DNA from: Lama guanicoe
Taxonomy: Eukaryota
DNA length: 64,000 nucleotides
Reading direction: 5' to 3'
Assembly: GCA_013239625.1 (NCBI GenBank)
Contig: MU054001.1
Location: forward strand, 2,796,151 to 2,860,150
Numbering within the stretch: position 1 is the stretch's first letter; every line of letters begins with the position of its first letter. Positions 25,790 through 36,590 of this stretch are shown piece after piece. Under the pieces are notes generated by a model. That model saw nothing but the letters and a program-made list of their open reading frames with translations. It did no database searches and was not told the origin of the DNA. The position numbers and the translations under genes are program-made.

Positions 25790-26095
25790 TCAGTGGAGAG
25801 AGAAGTGGACTAAAATAAGATGTTCTGTGACCTTAGGGGAAGCGATACAACTGTACTTCATTTTCTTTATGTGTTAAGTGGGCATAAACCCTTCCCTTCC
25901 TAACTCATTGAGTTGCTAGGCTGCAGTGACCAACTGTTCTATTTTGAACAGGACTAAAGAGTTTCCTGGAACACCAGACTTTTAGTGCTAAAACTGGGAC
26001 AAACTGGGACCTTGGTCACCTTACATGAGGCATAAACATTGTAATGCACGTGGAAGTCCTTTAGAAAATACAAAGACCCTAAAAAATGTGAGGTG
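25790..26095 (+). mobile_element. MIR interrupted by MER81
   Basis: CTGTGACCTTAGGGGAAG...TTTTCTTTATGTGTTAAGTGGG, resuming after 26022 with TAATGCACGTGGAAGTCCTTT. Confidence 0.6.
25924..26022 (+). mobile_element. MER81-like hAT-Blackjack MITE
   Basis: Terminal inverted repeats GTGACCAA...TTGGTCAC; internal ACTTTTAGTGCTAAAACTGGGA. Confidence 0.75.
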
Positions 26096-27519
26096 ATGCA
26101 TCTTGCTAGGAATGCCTTCTAGGTGTGCTGGAGCAGGATGGGAAAATTTAAATCTGAAAACAGATGATTAAAATCCAGTCACAGAGGGTGGCTTTTCCAG
26201 TGTTATCTTTCATCAATTTATGTAATTTTACCTTTTTCTCTAAATGTCAGGCAAAAGGGTATTTTGTGTTTGATTAGTGTTCCTGAATTTTGACTGAAAG
26301 GTATTTATGAAGAATTAGGTCAATCATAAAACCTTGCAACTTTTCCCCAAAATGTACAAGTTAAATAAAGACAATGTCTTAAATCAAAGATGAAGATTTT
26401 TCCTCTTGTGTGGAAAATAATTTTCCAGATAAACCAGAGTAAGATAAAAACTTTCAGTATGTGTGGTTTTTTAATTTGTTTTCTGATGAATTTGAAGTCC
26501 TATTGCTATGGCATTTGTGTTTTAGAAATTGTGAGCTTCTCAGCAAAATTTCCAGAAGAAGTTAAGGAAAAGGAAAAAGAAGAAACTTAGAAATCTTGGG
26601 CAGTGACATCATAGTTATATTTAAAAGGAAGTTGTGGTCTTAAGAATTAATAAGTGAACAAGCTCTGTATTCCTTTGATGATGAAACCGAGATGTTACCT
26701 TCAAGAGGGAGGTTGAAGCTAACAGCCCTGCCTGCTATACCCAGCAGTGCTGACACAGTCTAGTAGCATAATATGGCATTCCTGGATAACATGGAATCAC
26801 TGGGGAGCTTCCTGATGAAGCCCAGACCCAAGATCACTCTCCATGCTTTATCAGAGAGGAGATAACACTTCAGTAACTAGCTGGGAAGAAAAGGCGGATG
26901 TTTTAAGTTCCATCACCACTGAGATCTGTCCAAAGAATCTTGTGATGAATCTTGGCTTTTCCACAATTTTATAATCACCCAGGTGTGGTTGGCTTAGACA
27001 TAGCAGATTCTACCCATTCAGTGTCTTTCATGCTGGGATATAAATCAGAATCCCAGAAGCATTCAGCCCAACCTCTGACAGGCTGTCCAAACATACTCAG
27101 TTGATAAGTAGGTGTATGACAGTTTTTTTTTCCCAAATGCAAATTGAAGTATGTCACAATTAAAATAAAACACATGATACTTTGGCAAATAGTGTGCTGG
27201 AAAGTCATCATATGGAGGGAAAGGATAATAAACACCCCTTCCAGGTATAGTGTGTTTGGTAGCATAATCTCACTGACCTTCACAACAGCCTAGGGCAAAT
27301 TCCGTATGACAGCAGTAAAAAGTAGTCATATGTATATATTCACTGCCTCCTCCTACCCTTGGCCTTCTGAGAAGAGGTCTCTATTGGCTTGCCTAGTGCC
27401 TGAGCCTTCTTGTGATGTTTGTGATTACAGGTGAGGCAGAGAACTGGAGAAATAAGCCAGTCTGGATTGCATTACTAGATAGTGTAAATGGGGCGGGAAG
27501 AGAGAAGTGTAGGAGCGAG

Positions 27520-27590
27520 AGAGGAAGACAAAAATAGAGGGAGGGAAGGATGAGGAGGAACGAGAGGAGAGGAGAGGAGAGGAGAGGGTG
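27520..27590 (+). repeat. GA-rich/(GGAGA)n tract
   Basis: GAGGAGAGGAGAGGAGAGGAGAGG. Confidence 0.85.
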
Positions 27591-28373
27591 TTGAGTTTTG
27601 AGGGAGGTGGGATTTTGGAGGGAGAAAGTTGAGACTGAGGGTGCTGCTCCTTTGTGAGAGATAATGTGAGCAAGACTGGGAAAGAACTTTGTAAGTTTTA
27701 TAAATATATGAGTGCAGTTCTTTGTCATCTCTTAATGTGACTTCAGTAAAGAAGAAAGTTGCCTTTCAGTATATAAAGACTGTCAGACTGATACTTTTTA
27801 AAAACCTGATATTGTGCTCAGACTGACCACGAGGCAACTTAAGTTTATGTGGGTTACACAAATAATTATTATCCTCATTTCATGAATGGGTGGAGGTGAT
27901 GTGACTTTGCAAGGTAGAAGAGCTGGACTTTAAGTCCAGCTTCAACTACATATCCAGTGTTCTTTTTATTTCCTTTTGTATTTCACCTCTCTGTCTATCC
28001 TTCTTAATTATCTAAATTGATGAAGCAAGGCAAAACCTTTTTTTTTTCCCTATGGAGACTCTCCATTGAAAAACAGATAGACAAATATGTTATTTTTGTT
28101 CTTGTGAATATTTCCAAATATTCTTTCTCCAAAATTTCAGCCCTCTCTCACAGCTCAACTTTCCCTGTCTTCTCTGTCTCTTTCTCTCGCCTTTCATCCC
28201 ACCTTATATACACACTCTCTAGTAAAACTGTATTCCAAGGATATATTCTGGTGAATCAGGAACTCTAAAGAAAGCAGCAGAACATAGGGAAAAACAAACC
28301 AAACCAAATAAAAAACCCAGAAAAACAAAACAAAAAGGAACAATTAAACAGGAGTTAAGAAACAGACAAAGCT

Positions 28374-28710
28374 AAAATATTATTCAGCCATAAAAAGGAA
28401 TGAAATCTTGTCACTTGTGACAACATGGATGGACCACGAGGGCACTGTGTTAAGTAAAGTGAGTCAAACAGAAAAAGGTGAGTACCTGGTGATCTCACTT
28501 CTATGTGGCATATTTGAAGGTAGCTAGGAGAGTGGTTCTTGAAAGTTTTCATCAAGGGAAAAAAAGTTAATGACTATGTATCGTGATGGATGTTAACTGG
28601 ACTTATGGTCATGATCATTTTGCAATATATACAAATATAGAATCATTACCCTGTACACCTGGAATGAAAATAATGTTATGTCAATTATACCTCACTTCAA
28701 AAAAAGAAAA
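28374..28710 (+). mobile_element. 5'-truncated L1 (L1MA9-like 3' UTR) with 17-bp TSD
   Basis: TSD AAGAAACAGACAAAGCT at 28357-28373 and 28711-28727; TATTATTCAGCCATAAAAAGGAATGAAATC; A-rich tail. Confidence 0.9.
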
Positions 28711-28727
28711 AAGAAACAGACAAAGCT

Positions 28728-28922
28728 GTGTTCTAATTCTGACTGCACCATTTATTAGCTGTGTGACTCTAAGGAAGTTACTGAAATTCTCTGTGCTCAG
28801 TTTCCTCCTCTGTAACATGGGGCTAATGATAGCATCTCTAGAGGTGTTAGGGGAATTAGATGAAGGAAGTCATGTAAGGTGCTTATCGCAGTGACTGTCA
28901 CAAAATAGGTGCTCACTAAACA
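28728..28922 (+). mobile_element. MIR (host of the L1 insertion)
   Basis: TAGCTGTGTGACT...CTCAGTTTCCTCCTCTGTAACATGGGG...AATAGGTGCTCACTAAA. Confidence 0.85.
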
Positions 28923-30448
28923 CTCCCAGGTAAGCACAGGTGCACTGGCTTCCCCTCCCCCACTACCCCATTGGTCTGTTGTTGTTGCTGCTGTTTTTAA
29001 CTGTATCCCTCCCTCCACCTCCTACCACCCCCATCTGACTTGGAGTTCCTAAAGGATGAAAATCTGCTCCTTTTTCATCAGATTCTTAATTTAAAGGGCA
29101 AGTAGTCTGCTTTGTGCAGCCTCTGCACCCTCCCTCACCACCCAGGGCTAGCCTCTGGCACAGCAGGAACCCCCCATCAACCTGCCTTTGCAGGGAGTCA
29201 TTGGTCCCCCAGGCTGGCCGGGGGCTAACGTCCCTTCTGCCCTAGACACCCTACCTCCCAGCAAACTCCTGTCCATCACTGCCCAGAGTCCTGCCTTGCC
29301 CCTGACTCCAGGAGGCAGCCAGAGCAGGGCCAGCTGTGCCCTTTTGGCTTCTGAGTGCTGTTTGGCTATCATCAGAGAATAGACGTTCAGAGTAGTTCGG
29401 AGTAGTTTGGAGAACAGGGGCTCCTCTCCATAGCCAGGCCAGGCCGTTCAATGAACTTCTTTCCCCTGAGTACCAAGAGAGGCTCAAAAGAAGGCCTCTG
29501 ACTTCTCTGACCTCTTCCCCTTATTACACAGCCCTAAAATCCTTCGAGATGGGCAAGCAAGCCCTTGCCCTAGCCTAGCCTCCAGGGCCCCCAGTTTTGG
29601 GAATGCCATGTTGGAAATTTTCTAAAGACCCCTCCTGTACTTGGAATATCTGAGCCAGCTGGGATTCACATGGGCCCAGTCCAGGTTCCTCCCCTTCAGG
29701 GCACTCTCCGACCCTCTACTTGCTGAGCTCCACATGTGGAGTCGATTGATGGCCTTGCTTCTAGGACGGTGGCCTGGAAGCTGATTGCTCCCCCTGTGGC
29801 ACTGTATCTGTGTTCATAGGATCCTGTGGGATCCTACAGCCAGAATGCTGCTGATATCCTGATTTTGAATGGCTCTCACATCAGGTATATGACATCTCTG
29901 GGCGACCAGCAGTCCCTGGCAGACCCGTAGGCTTGGCCACACATGTAGACCATGCCCACATTCTCTACTATGCATATTCCACTACAGTGCTCCCTCAGGT
30001 CCACAGCCCCTGAAGGTGGCAGCCCCCAACTGTGACAGCCAGATTGGTCATCCTGGTCACCCCATCCTTCTATGGGCTCCCCATCAAGTGTCAAGTAGCC
30101 TCACTTATCTCCTCTTCCTTCAGATGGGTGTGGCAAAGTTGTGCCCTCCTGTGTCATTCTTCAGACTTGTGCCAGACTGGGAATGGGACGCCTTTGTTTG
30201 AATTTCTTAGGAGTAAACTATGTCACAGGAAATGAGCAAGAGAATGTAGGTGCTGGTGCATCAGATGGGGAATTGCAGCAGTGACTGAGGTATAGGAGCC
30301 AAACATGGACCATTTTAGTAACATATATTCTTTCTGTTTTTGTGTGTGTAGTATACTGCTTAGGTATTATAATATATTATAACAGAGTTATAACTATTAG
30401 ATTATATATTTTCAACTATTACTAAAACTTATATTAATACTTTTGATT

Positions 30449-30910
30449 CAGTGTTGTTATAACTTAGGTTCCCCTAAACATTGGTCCTTCAAATGTCACC
30501 TATGTTATTTTTGCTATGTCTGTAGACCCCTGTGTTATCATCAGTGTGTGAGCCTTTTAATTTTGGTTCTTGAATGCTAATTCCTATCTTTAAAACACCA
30601 AAGTTGATTATGAAAAATAATAATAAAAAAAAGATACACATAGATGTAATTGAAAACATGGGATGGGGAATAACTATATTTAAAGTGGTTTCAAATTAAA
30701 TCCCTGTGTAGGACTTAGCTTTGACCTAGGCAATAATATCTACAAATTCATGGGTTTGGTGCACCTTCCCCCCCAGATCATAACTTTGATGTGTGTTTTG
30801 TAATGCATTAAAATAAACACATCATTTAACTTTAAAAGGTTTATTTGCTTGACATCTTTAATCATCTTGAGTAGTGTTACGGGTATGTGTTCCATACTTG
30901 GAAAACATTG
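30449..30910. mobile_element. Degenerate hAT-Charlie-like DNA transposon remnant
   Basis: CAGTGTT...AAACATTG terminal-like sequences with an AT-rich interior; family not resolved. Confidence 0.35.
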
Positions 30911-31039
30911 TTTCAGTTGTCCCTATAGGTGACTCTGCTCTTCAAAGAGATAGTATCTGGGAAATTGTGTCCTTTTTTCAAATTTGTACACATAGGAGAA
31001 TGTGCTGCTGATGGTGGGGGAGGGAAGGACTAAGAGCTT

Positions 31040-31190
31040 AAGAAACCTGAGCGATATTTCTAGCTCTGGCACAAAACTTCTTTGTAATGGCCAAATTCCT
31101 TCCCCTCTCTGGGCCTCAGTTTCTTTATCTGCTCAGTGTAGAGGGGAAGGGGCTCTCCAAGGCCGTCCATCCGTGACCCTCTAGATTGCT
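31040..31190 (+). mobile_element. MIR3-like fragment
   Basis: CCCTCTCTGGGCCTCAGTTTCTTTATCTG...CTCCAAGGCC. Confidence 0.65.
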
Positions 31191-32136
31191 TGATTCCCCT
31201 GCAGGTAAGTCAAGTGTGTTTAAGTAAGCAAGCCACCTCCTGCTTGCCTCATTCAGCCTCTTATCTTAATAAATAATGAGTGTGCCAAGGGCTGACAATG
31301 ACATATTTTGAAAATAGTTTTAATGCATAGCTGGCAGAGGACCTGTTGGGCGTTGACAAATTACACAAACAGAGATGATGAGGAGTGCATCAAATATTAA
31401 CGGCCCAGGGCCCAGACTGTAATGGAGAACTTACCTGTATCTTACATAAGCCTACTCATGTTCGGCTGAAGGGAACATTTCTTTTCAGCCTCTCCAGGCG
31501 AGGGTAGGGCTGGCTCTCAGAAAAATGGAGAGGAAGGCAAAGTTGGTTTTTCAGACCCTTGACTTTGGTTTAATGTATTCCTGGAGGCTATTTGAGAGTC
31601 GAGTCCTTTTAAGTGTACCCCATTATTCTCTATGTAAATATTACAAATGGGATTTCTGTTCCTGGATGCTGATTCCTATTTTAAAAGTACAAAAGTCACT
31701 ATGAAAATTATTGAAAACCAATAATAAGTTATGAGCATATGCACTTAAAAACACATACTGAGACCGTTTCCCTAATGTGTTAATCTAAAAGCAAAAATAC
31801 TTTTTACCGGGGGATTTTTCAACCTAGGCATCTTCTTAACCATTAGTATAATAAAATTTAAACCATTTTCCCAGTAACCGTTTAAGCAGTCCTTTTCACT
31901 CCCAGTGCCTTTGAACTGAGTTCAAAATCAAAGTCTTGGTGTCCAAAATATTCACTGCTGATTTGAAGAGGCTAGAAGTCTCCCTGGGAGATTTCTCATT
32001 GGTGTCTCTTGCTTTTCTCTATCAGTGAGATCCTGATAGGTCTTCATCTTGATAGGTAAGCATAGATACATGGTTAGATAACTAGATAAATACCCATAGT
32101 TAGCTATCCAATAGATAACCATATTCTAGCCCAGGT

Positions 32137-32329
32137 TAAGATCGCCAGAGTTGCAAATAAAAATATACAATTCCCAGTTCACATTGAATTTCAGATGAAG
32201 AAAAAATATGTTTGAGTGTGTATGTTCTATGCAATATTTGAGACATACTAAAAATCACTTGTTGTTTATCTGACATAAAAATTTAACTAGGTATCCTTTT
32301 TTTTTTTTGTTTTTTTCCTGGCTACCCTA
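32137..32329. mobile_element. MER53 palindromic hAT MITE
   Basis: GCAAATAAAAATA...CCCAGTT...GAATTTCAGAT / TTTATCTGA...AATTTAACTAGG...CTGGCTACCCTA. Confidence 0.8.
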
Positions 32330-32333
32330 AACC

Positions 32334-32649
32334 CAAGGGTTGGCAAACTTTCTCTGTAAAGGGCCAGATAGTATTTTAGGCTTTGTGGGCCATAGATAAC
32401 TACCTAACTCTGCCACAGCCACAGAAAATGATTTTGTAAATAAATGGGCATGGTTGTGTTCCAATAAAATTGTATTTATAGACAGTAAAACCTGATTTCA
32501 TAAAAATTTCATGTGTCATAAAATATCATTATTCTTTTGATTTTTTTCCTCAGTCATTTAAAAATGTAGAAACCATTGTGACCTTGCAAGCTATACAAAA
32601 ACATTTGGCAGGACAGACTTGGCCTACAAGCCTAATTTACCACCCCCTG
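32334..32649. mobile_element. MER58B-like MITE
   Basis: GGTTGGCAAACTTTCTCTGTAAAGGGCCAGATAG...TGTGTTCCAATAAAA...CCCCTG. Confidence 0.85.
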
Positions 32650-32661
32650 TAAAACCTTTAA

Positions 32662-33031
32662 AGATATAGCCATTGTCTTTGTGCTGCTATCACAAAGAAT
32701 CATAGACTGGGTGACTTATTAACAACTTATACTTATTTCTCACTATTTTGGGGCCTAGAAATCTGAGATCATGGTGCCAACTTGGTCAGGTTCTGATAAG
32801 AGCTCTCTTCCTGGTGTGTAATTGGCCATCTTCTTGCTGTGTCCTCACATGATGGGAAGTGGGCTATCTAGCTCTCTGGCTTCTTCTTGTAAAGAGATAA
32901 AGCACATTCATGAGGGCTCCATTCTCATAACCTAATTACCTTCAAAAGGTTCCAACTCCAAATAAAATCATGTTGGGATTAGGGTTTCCATACATGAATA
33001 TTGAGAGGACGTAAACATTCGGTCCTTTGCA
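32662..33031 (-). mobile_element. MLT1A/MLT1A0 solo LTR
   Basis: CATAGACTGGGTGACTTA...TTATTTCTCAC...CATTCATGAGGGCTCC...AAACATTCGGTCC. Confidence 0.85.
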
Positions 33032-33063
33032 GTTATCATCTGAATTCATGGTAAAGGTTGTTC

Positions 33064-33819
33064 AGAATGAATTAAAAACCTAAATGTAATACCTGAAACT
33101 ATAAAACTGCTAGAAGAGAGCATAGGCAATGATTTTTTTATTTGATTTGACACCAAAAGTGAAGGCAACAAAAGCAAAAATAATCAAGGACTATATCAAA
33201 CTAAAAAGGTTCTGTACAGCAAGGGAAACCATTAAGGAAATGAAAAGGCAACCTAAGTAATGGGAGAAAATATTTGTAAATCATATATCTGGTAAAGTGT
33301 TAACATCCAAACTATATAAAGAACTCACACAACTCAATAGTTAAAAAATATCTGATTAAAAAGTGGGCAGAGGAACTGAATAGACATATTCCCAGAGAAG
33401 ACATACAATGGCCAATAGGTTCACAAAAAGGTGCTTCATGTCACTAATCTTCAGGAAAATGCAAATCAGAGCCACAGTGAGATATCACCTCACACCTGGC
33501 AGAATGCAGCTGTCATCAAAAACACAAAATATAAGTGTTGGGGAGGATACGGAGAAAAGAGAACTCTTGTGCCCTCTTGGGAATGTAAATTGGTGTCGCC
33601 ACTATGGAAAATAGTATAGAAGTTCCTCAAAAAAAAAAAATTAAAAATAAGACTACCACATGATGCAGGAATTCCACTTCTGAGTATATATCCAAAGGAA
33701 ATGAAAACAGGATATTGATGTGACTATCTCTACCACCATGTTCATTGCAGCATTAGTTACAGTAGCCAAGATATGGGAACAACCTAAATGTCAGTAGATG
33801 AATGGACAAAGAAGATATG

Positions 33820-33859
<40 letters not shown>

Positions 33860-34290
33860 ACAAATACTGCATGGTGACACATTTGTGGACTCTAAATAAA
33901 AAGCCACAGCCATAGAAAGAGAAAGTAGAAAGTCTTTCCCAGGGGCTGGGGAAATGAGGAGAGGCTGGTAAAAGGGTACATACTTTCAGCTGTAAGATGA
34001 ATAAGGTCTGATGTGTAACGTTATCTATGTATCTAATAAAATACACGGTGCCAGTAGTTGATAACAGTACATTGTATAATTGAAATAAGCCAAGAGAGTA
34101 AAACGCAAATGTCTCATTGCTACCACCACCACCAACAAAAGGTAAATATGTGAGGTGATGGACATACTAGTTAACTAGCTGGTGGGAATCCTTTCACAAT
34201 ATATACATACATCAAATCACCACGATGCACACTTTAAATATCTTACAATTTTATGTGCCAGTTATAGCTCAGTAAAGCTCAAAGAAAGAA
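33064..34290 (+). mobile_element. L1 3' ~1.2 kb (decayed ORF2 C-terminus plus 3' UTR), with (TA)n at ~33823-33856
   Basis: ORF 33408-33614 MANRFTKRCFMSLIFRKMQIRATVRYHLTPGRM resembles L1 ORF2p [33 protein letters not shown]; frameshifted. Confidence 0.92.
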
Positions 34291-34324
34291 TGAAAAGAGT
34301 ACCCCCCGCAATGTTTTTAAAAAG

Positions 34325-34560
34325 TTAAGGAAGCTTTCAATGAGGAAGTCATAATTGAACTGAACTCTGAAAGAGAAGTAGTTGTAAACTGAAGGATGGA
34401 AGGAAAGAGGCAGGGCATTTCAAATAGAGGGGTGTGGTGGTCACAGGAGAGTTTGGTAGCTTGAGAATTAGAAGGAGGCCCTAAGGCTGGAGCCTGGGGA
34501 TGAGGACTCGGTGAGGGATGGAGCTAATGAGGTAGCTAGAAACCAGATCAACCACAGTGT
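34325..34560 (-). mobile_element. L2 fragment
   Basis: GGAAGCTTTCAATGAGGAAGT...TTGAACTGAACTCTGAAAGA...GGGCATTTCAAATAGAGGG. Confidence 0.65.
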
Positions 34561-36029
34561 CTCTGTCTCATGGTATTTGCATTTCAGAAGCCTCTCTTTG
34601 AGGAGTGTCTTTGTCCTGGGTAAGCGGGACTGCAGAAAGTCTGCCAGGTGAGTCACAACTCAAACTAAACACATCCCCTGATGGCAGTCCATGACTGAGT
34701 TCTCGGTTGATGGTGAGGTGAAGGTAACACTTGCCAAGGTATTACATCAGCATTTCCCAGAACTCCCCAAATCTCAAACCTAACTGTGTGTCCTGTGGAG
34801 CATCCCCAGCGGAGTGGCTTTGGACTCACAGCTGAGATCACCATCAACCTTGAAAGGGAAAGGAAATAGAATGTTGATGTGGGAATACGGTATGTTAGCA
34901 CCAAAATAGCAAATGTTAAAACTGAAAATGACCTTACCTTCAGGAAATGGAATCATCTACTCTAGAAATTGAAAAAGTCTTGAAAAAGTGTAGTTTATAT
35001 GTGTCAGAAACAAAATCTTGCCCTTAAAGTTTTAGCCCAAAAGAAGCATACAAGATAGAATTTCAGATAGTAGCTTGACCACATCCATCACAATATTGTC
35101 CTCTTCCCCCTCCTGCACACACGTGCATGCACACACATACCTTATGATTCTCCCCTCTTTACCATTAGAGATTTATATTATGCCATGATTGAAGTAGATC
35201 ATTCCATGAGTTCTCTTCTTTTCATTTCTATTTTGATATAAAGTCTGCAGTGTTGACATGGTCACAGAGCAAACAGAGCTTTGACTTACGTTTCATAAAT
35301 TATGTAGCTGATTTCCCGTGGAATTGTGTTTCATGTCCTGTCACATTACATTCCCTTTGTATTTACCAACCCCTACACCTCTACTTGGACATTGGTTGTG
35401 AAGTGTGGCTGGACAGCAGAGCTCTGGCACCTCAGCAGGGCAGACAGGAAGGTGGGAAGGAGGTTCCTCTCAGCTTGTACCCCTAGGCAGATGCCTCCTC
35501 TAGCAAAGCATGGAGCCAGCCTGGGCCAAGTAAAGCAAGTATGCTATGATGTAAAATCCTTCTGTAGCGTGGATGACCTGCTAAAGAGGTGTGTGACTTA
35601 TAACATGATAGACACATGTGGAGGAAGGGAGGGAGGGAGGAAGAGGCATCAGGAGCTTGTGGCAGTGGCCCTCCACTCCTGCAGGAAGGCACTTCCTCTC
35701 CATCTAGCCCCAGCTTGGAGGTTCAGGGATGGGTCTCTCCCACGGGCATCCTCCACCGCTACCTTGTATTTCCTACGACTGAGCGGAGATCTGCCTCCTG
35801 TAGCTTTCTCCCCTTTTTCTTTTTGCCCTTGGAAATTTGAAATAGTTCACCCTAGAGCACTTTTCCCCAGGAGGATGGGGAGTGCTGGAAGAAGTCTCCC
35901 CTGGAGGAATGCATCTGCGGAGCTTCTGCTGGAGAATTGCTGAGGCTTGTTGCCCCCAAACTCCTGTCCAGTTTCTGTGCTGGAGCGGCATGCTCGAGCT
36001 CCAGCCTTGTGAGACAGGCAGGAACAGGG

Positions 36030-36590
36030 ACAAGGGTTTGGGTAGCTCATGCTGTCCCTTTCTTCAAAATGTTCCTAAGAGCCCTGGATTAGGTCTGAGC
36101 AACTTTCTTTGTTCCTTCCACTTGACTTTTACCAAAGCTCATTACCCATTACTAAAGCTGACTGACTGGATGGTCACCTGACCTAAGGTGAAGCCATCAG
36201 TCTCTCTCAAAGGTATGAGTGGCAGGGAAAACAGCCTGGCCACACTGGCCTTGGGACTATAAAGGCTATGTGGAGTGAAGTTCACAAGTAGCAACATCTG
36301 AATAAAACTTGCAAAAGTTTGGAAGAGCAGAAAAAGAATCTCAAAGAAGAAGAGTCTTCAGAGAGAATGGAATGGGCTTGCAAAGAGAAGCAAATATGAG
36401 AGGTTGAGTGGTTCCCAAAATAAGGAGGCAAAAAGAAGATCTGGCTGGTAACTTTCCAGTTCCCATAATGACCAGCTGTATTTCCTCAGATGGGTTTCAC
36501 AAGATTCTCCTGCATCCTTCTAATAAATTCCTTATTGCCAAAGCCAGCTTGAGTGAGTATCTATTTCTAGAAAAAAAGTGATCCTTTAGA
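36030..36590 (+). mobile_element. Old ERVL-type LTR
   Basis: 3' end TAATAAATTCCTTATTGCCAAAGCCAGCTTGAGTGAGTATCT, typical of LTR16/33/67-class elements. Confidence 0.5.

Noticed and set aside
29560..30220. GC-richer stretch with possible hAT-Tip100/LTR remnants
   Set aside because: I could not assign a family or termini with confidence.
32030..32120. GATA-rich run
   Set aside because: Looks like a decayed (GATA)n microsatellite; no further support.
33408..33619. ORFs resembling L1 ORF2p
   Set aside because: Frameshifted fossil of a truncated L1, not a functional CDS.
35326..35943. Longest ORF (205 aa)
   Set aside because: Non-ATG start, no recognisable domain, random-like composition and overlapping ORFs in other frames; expected by chance.
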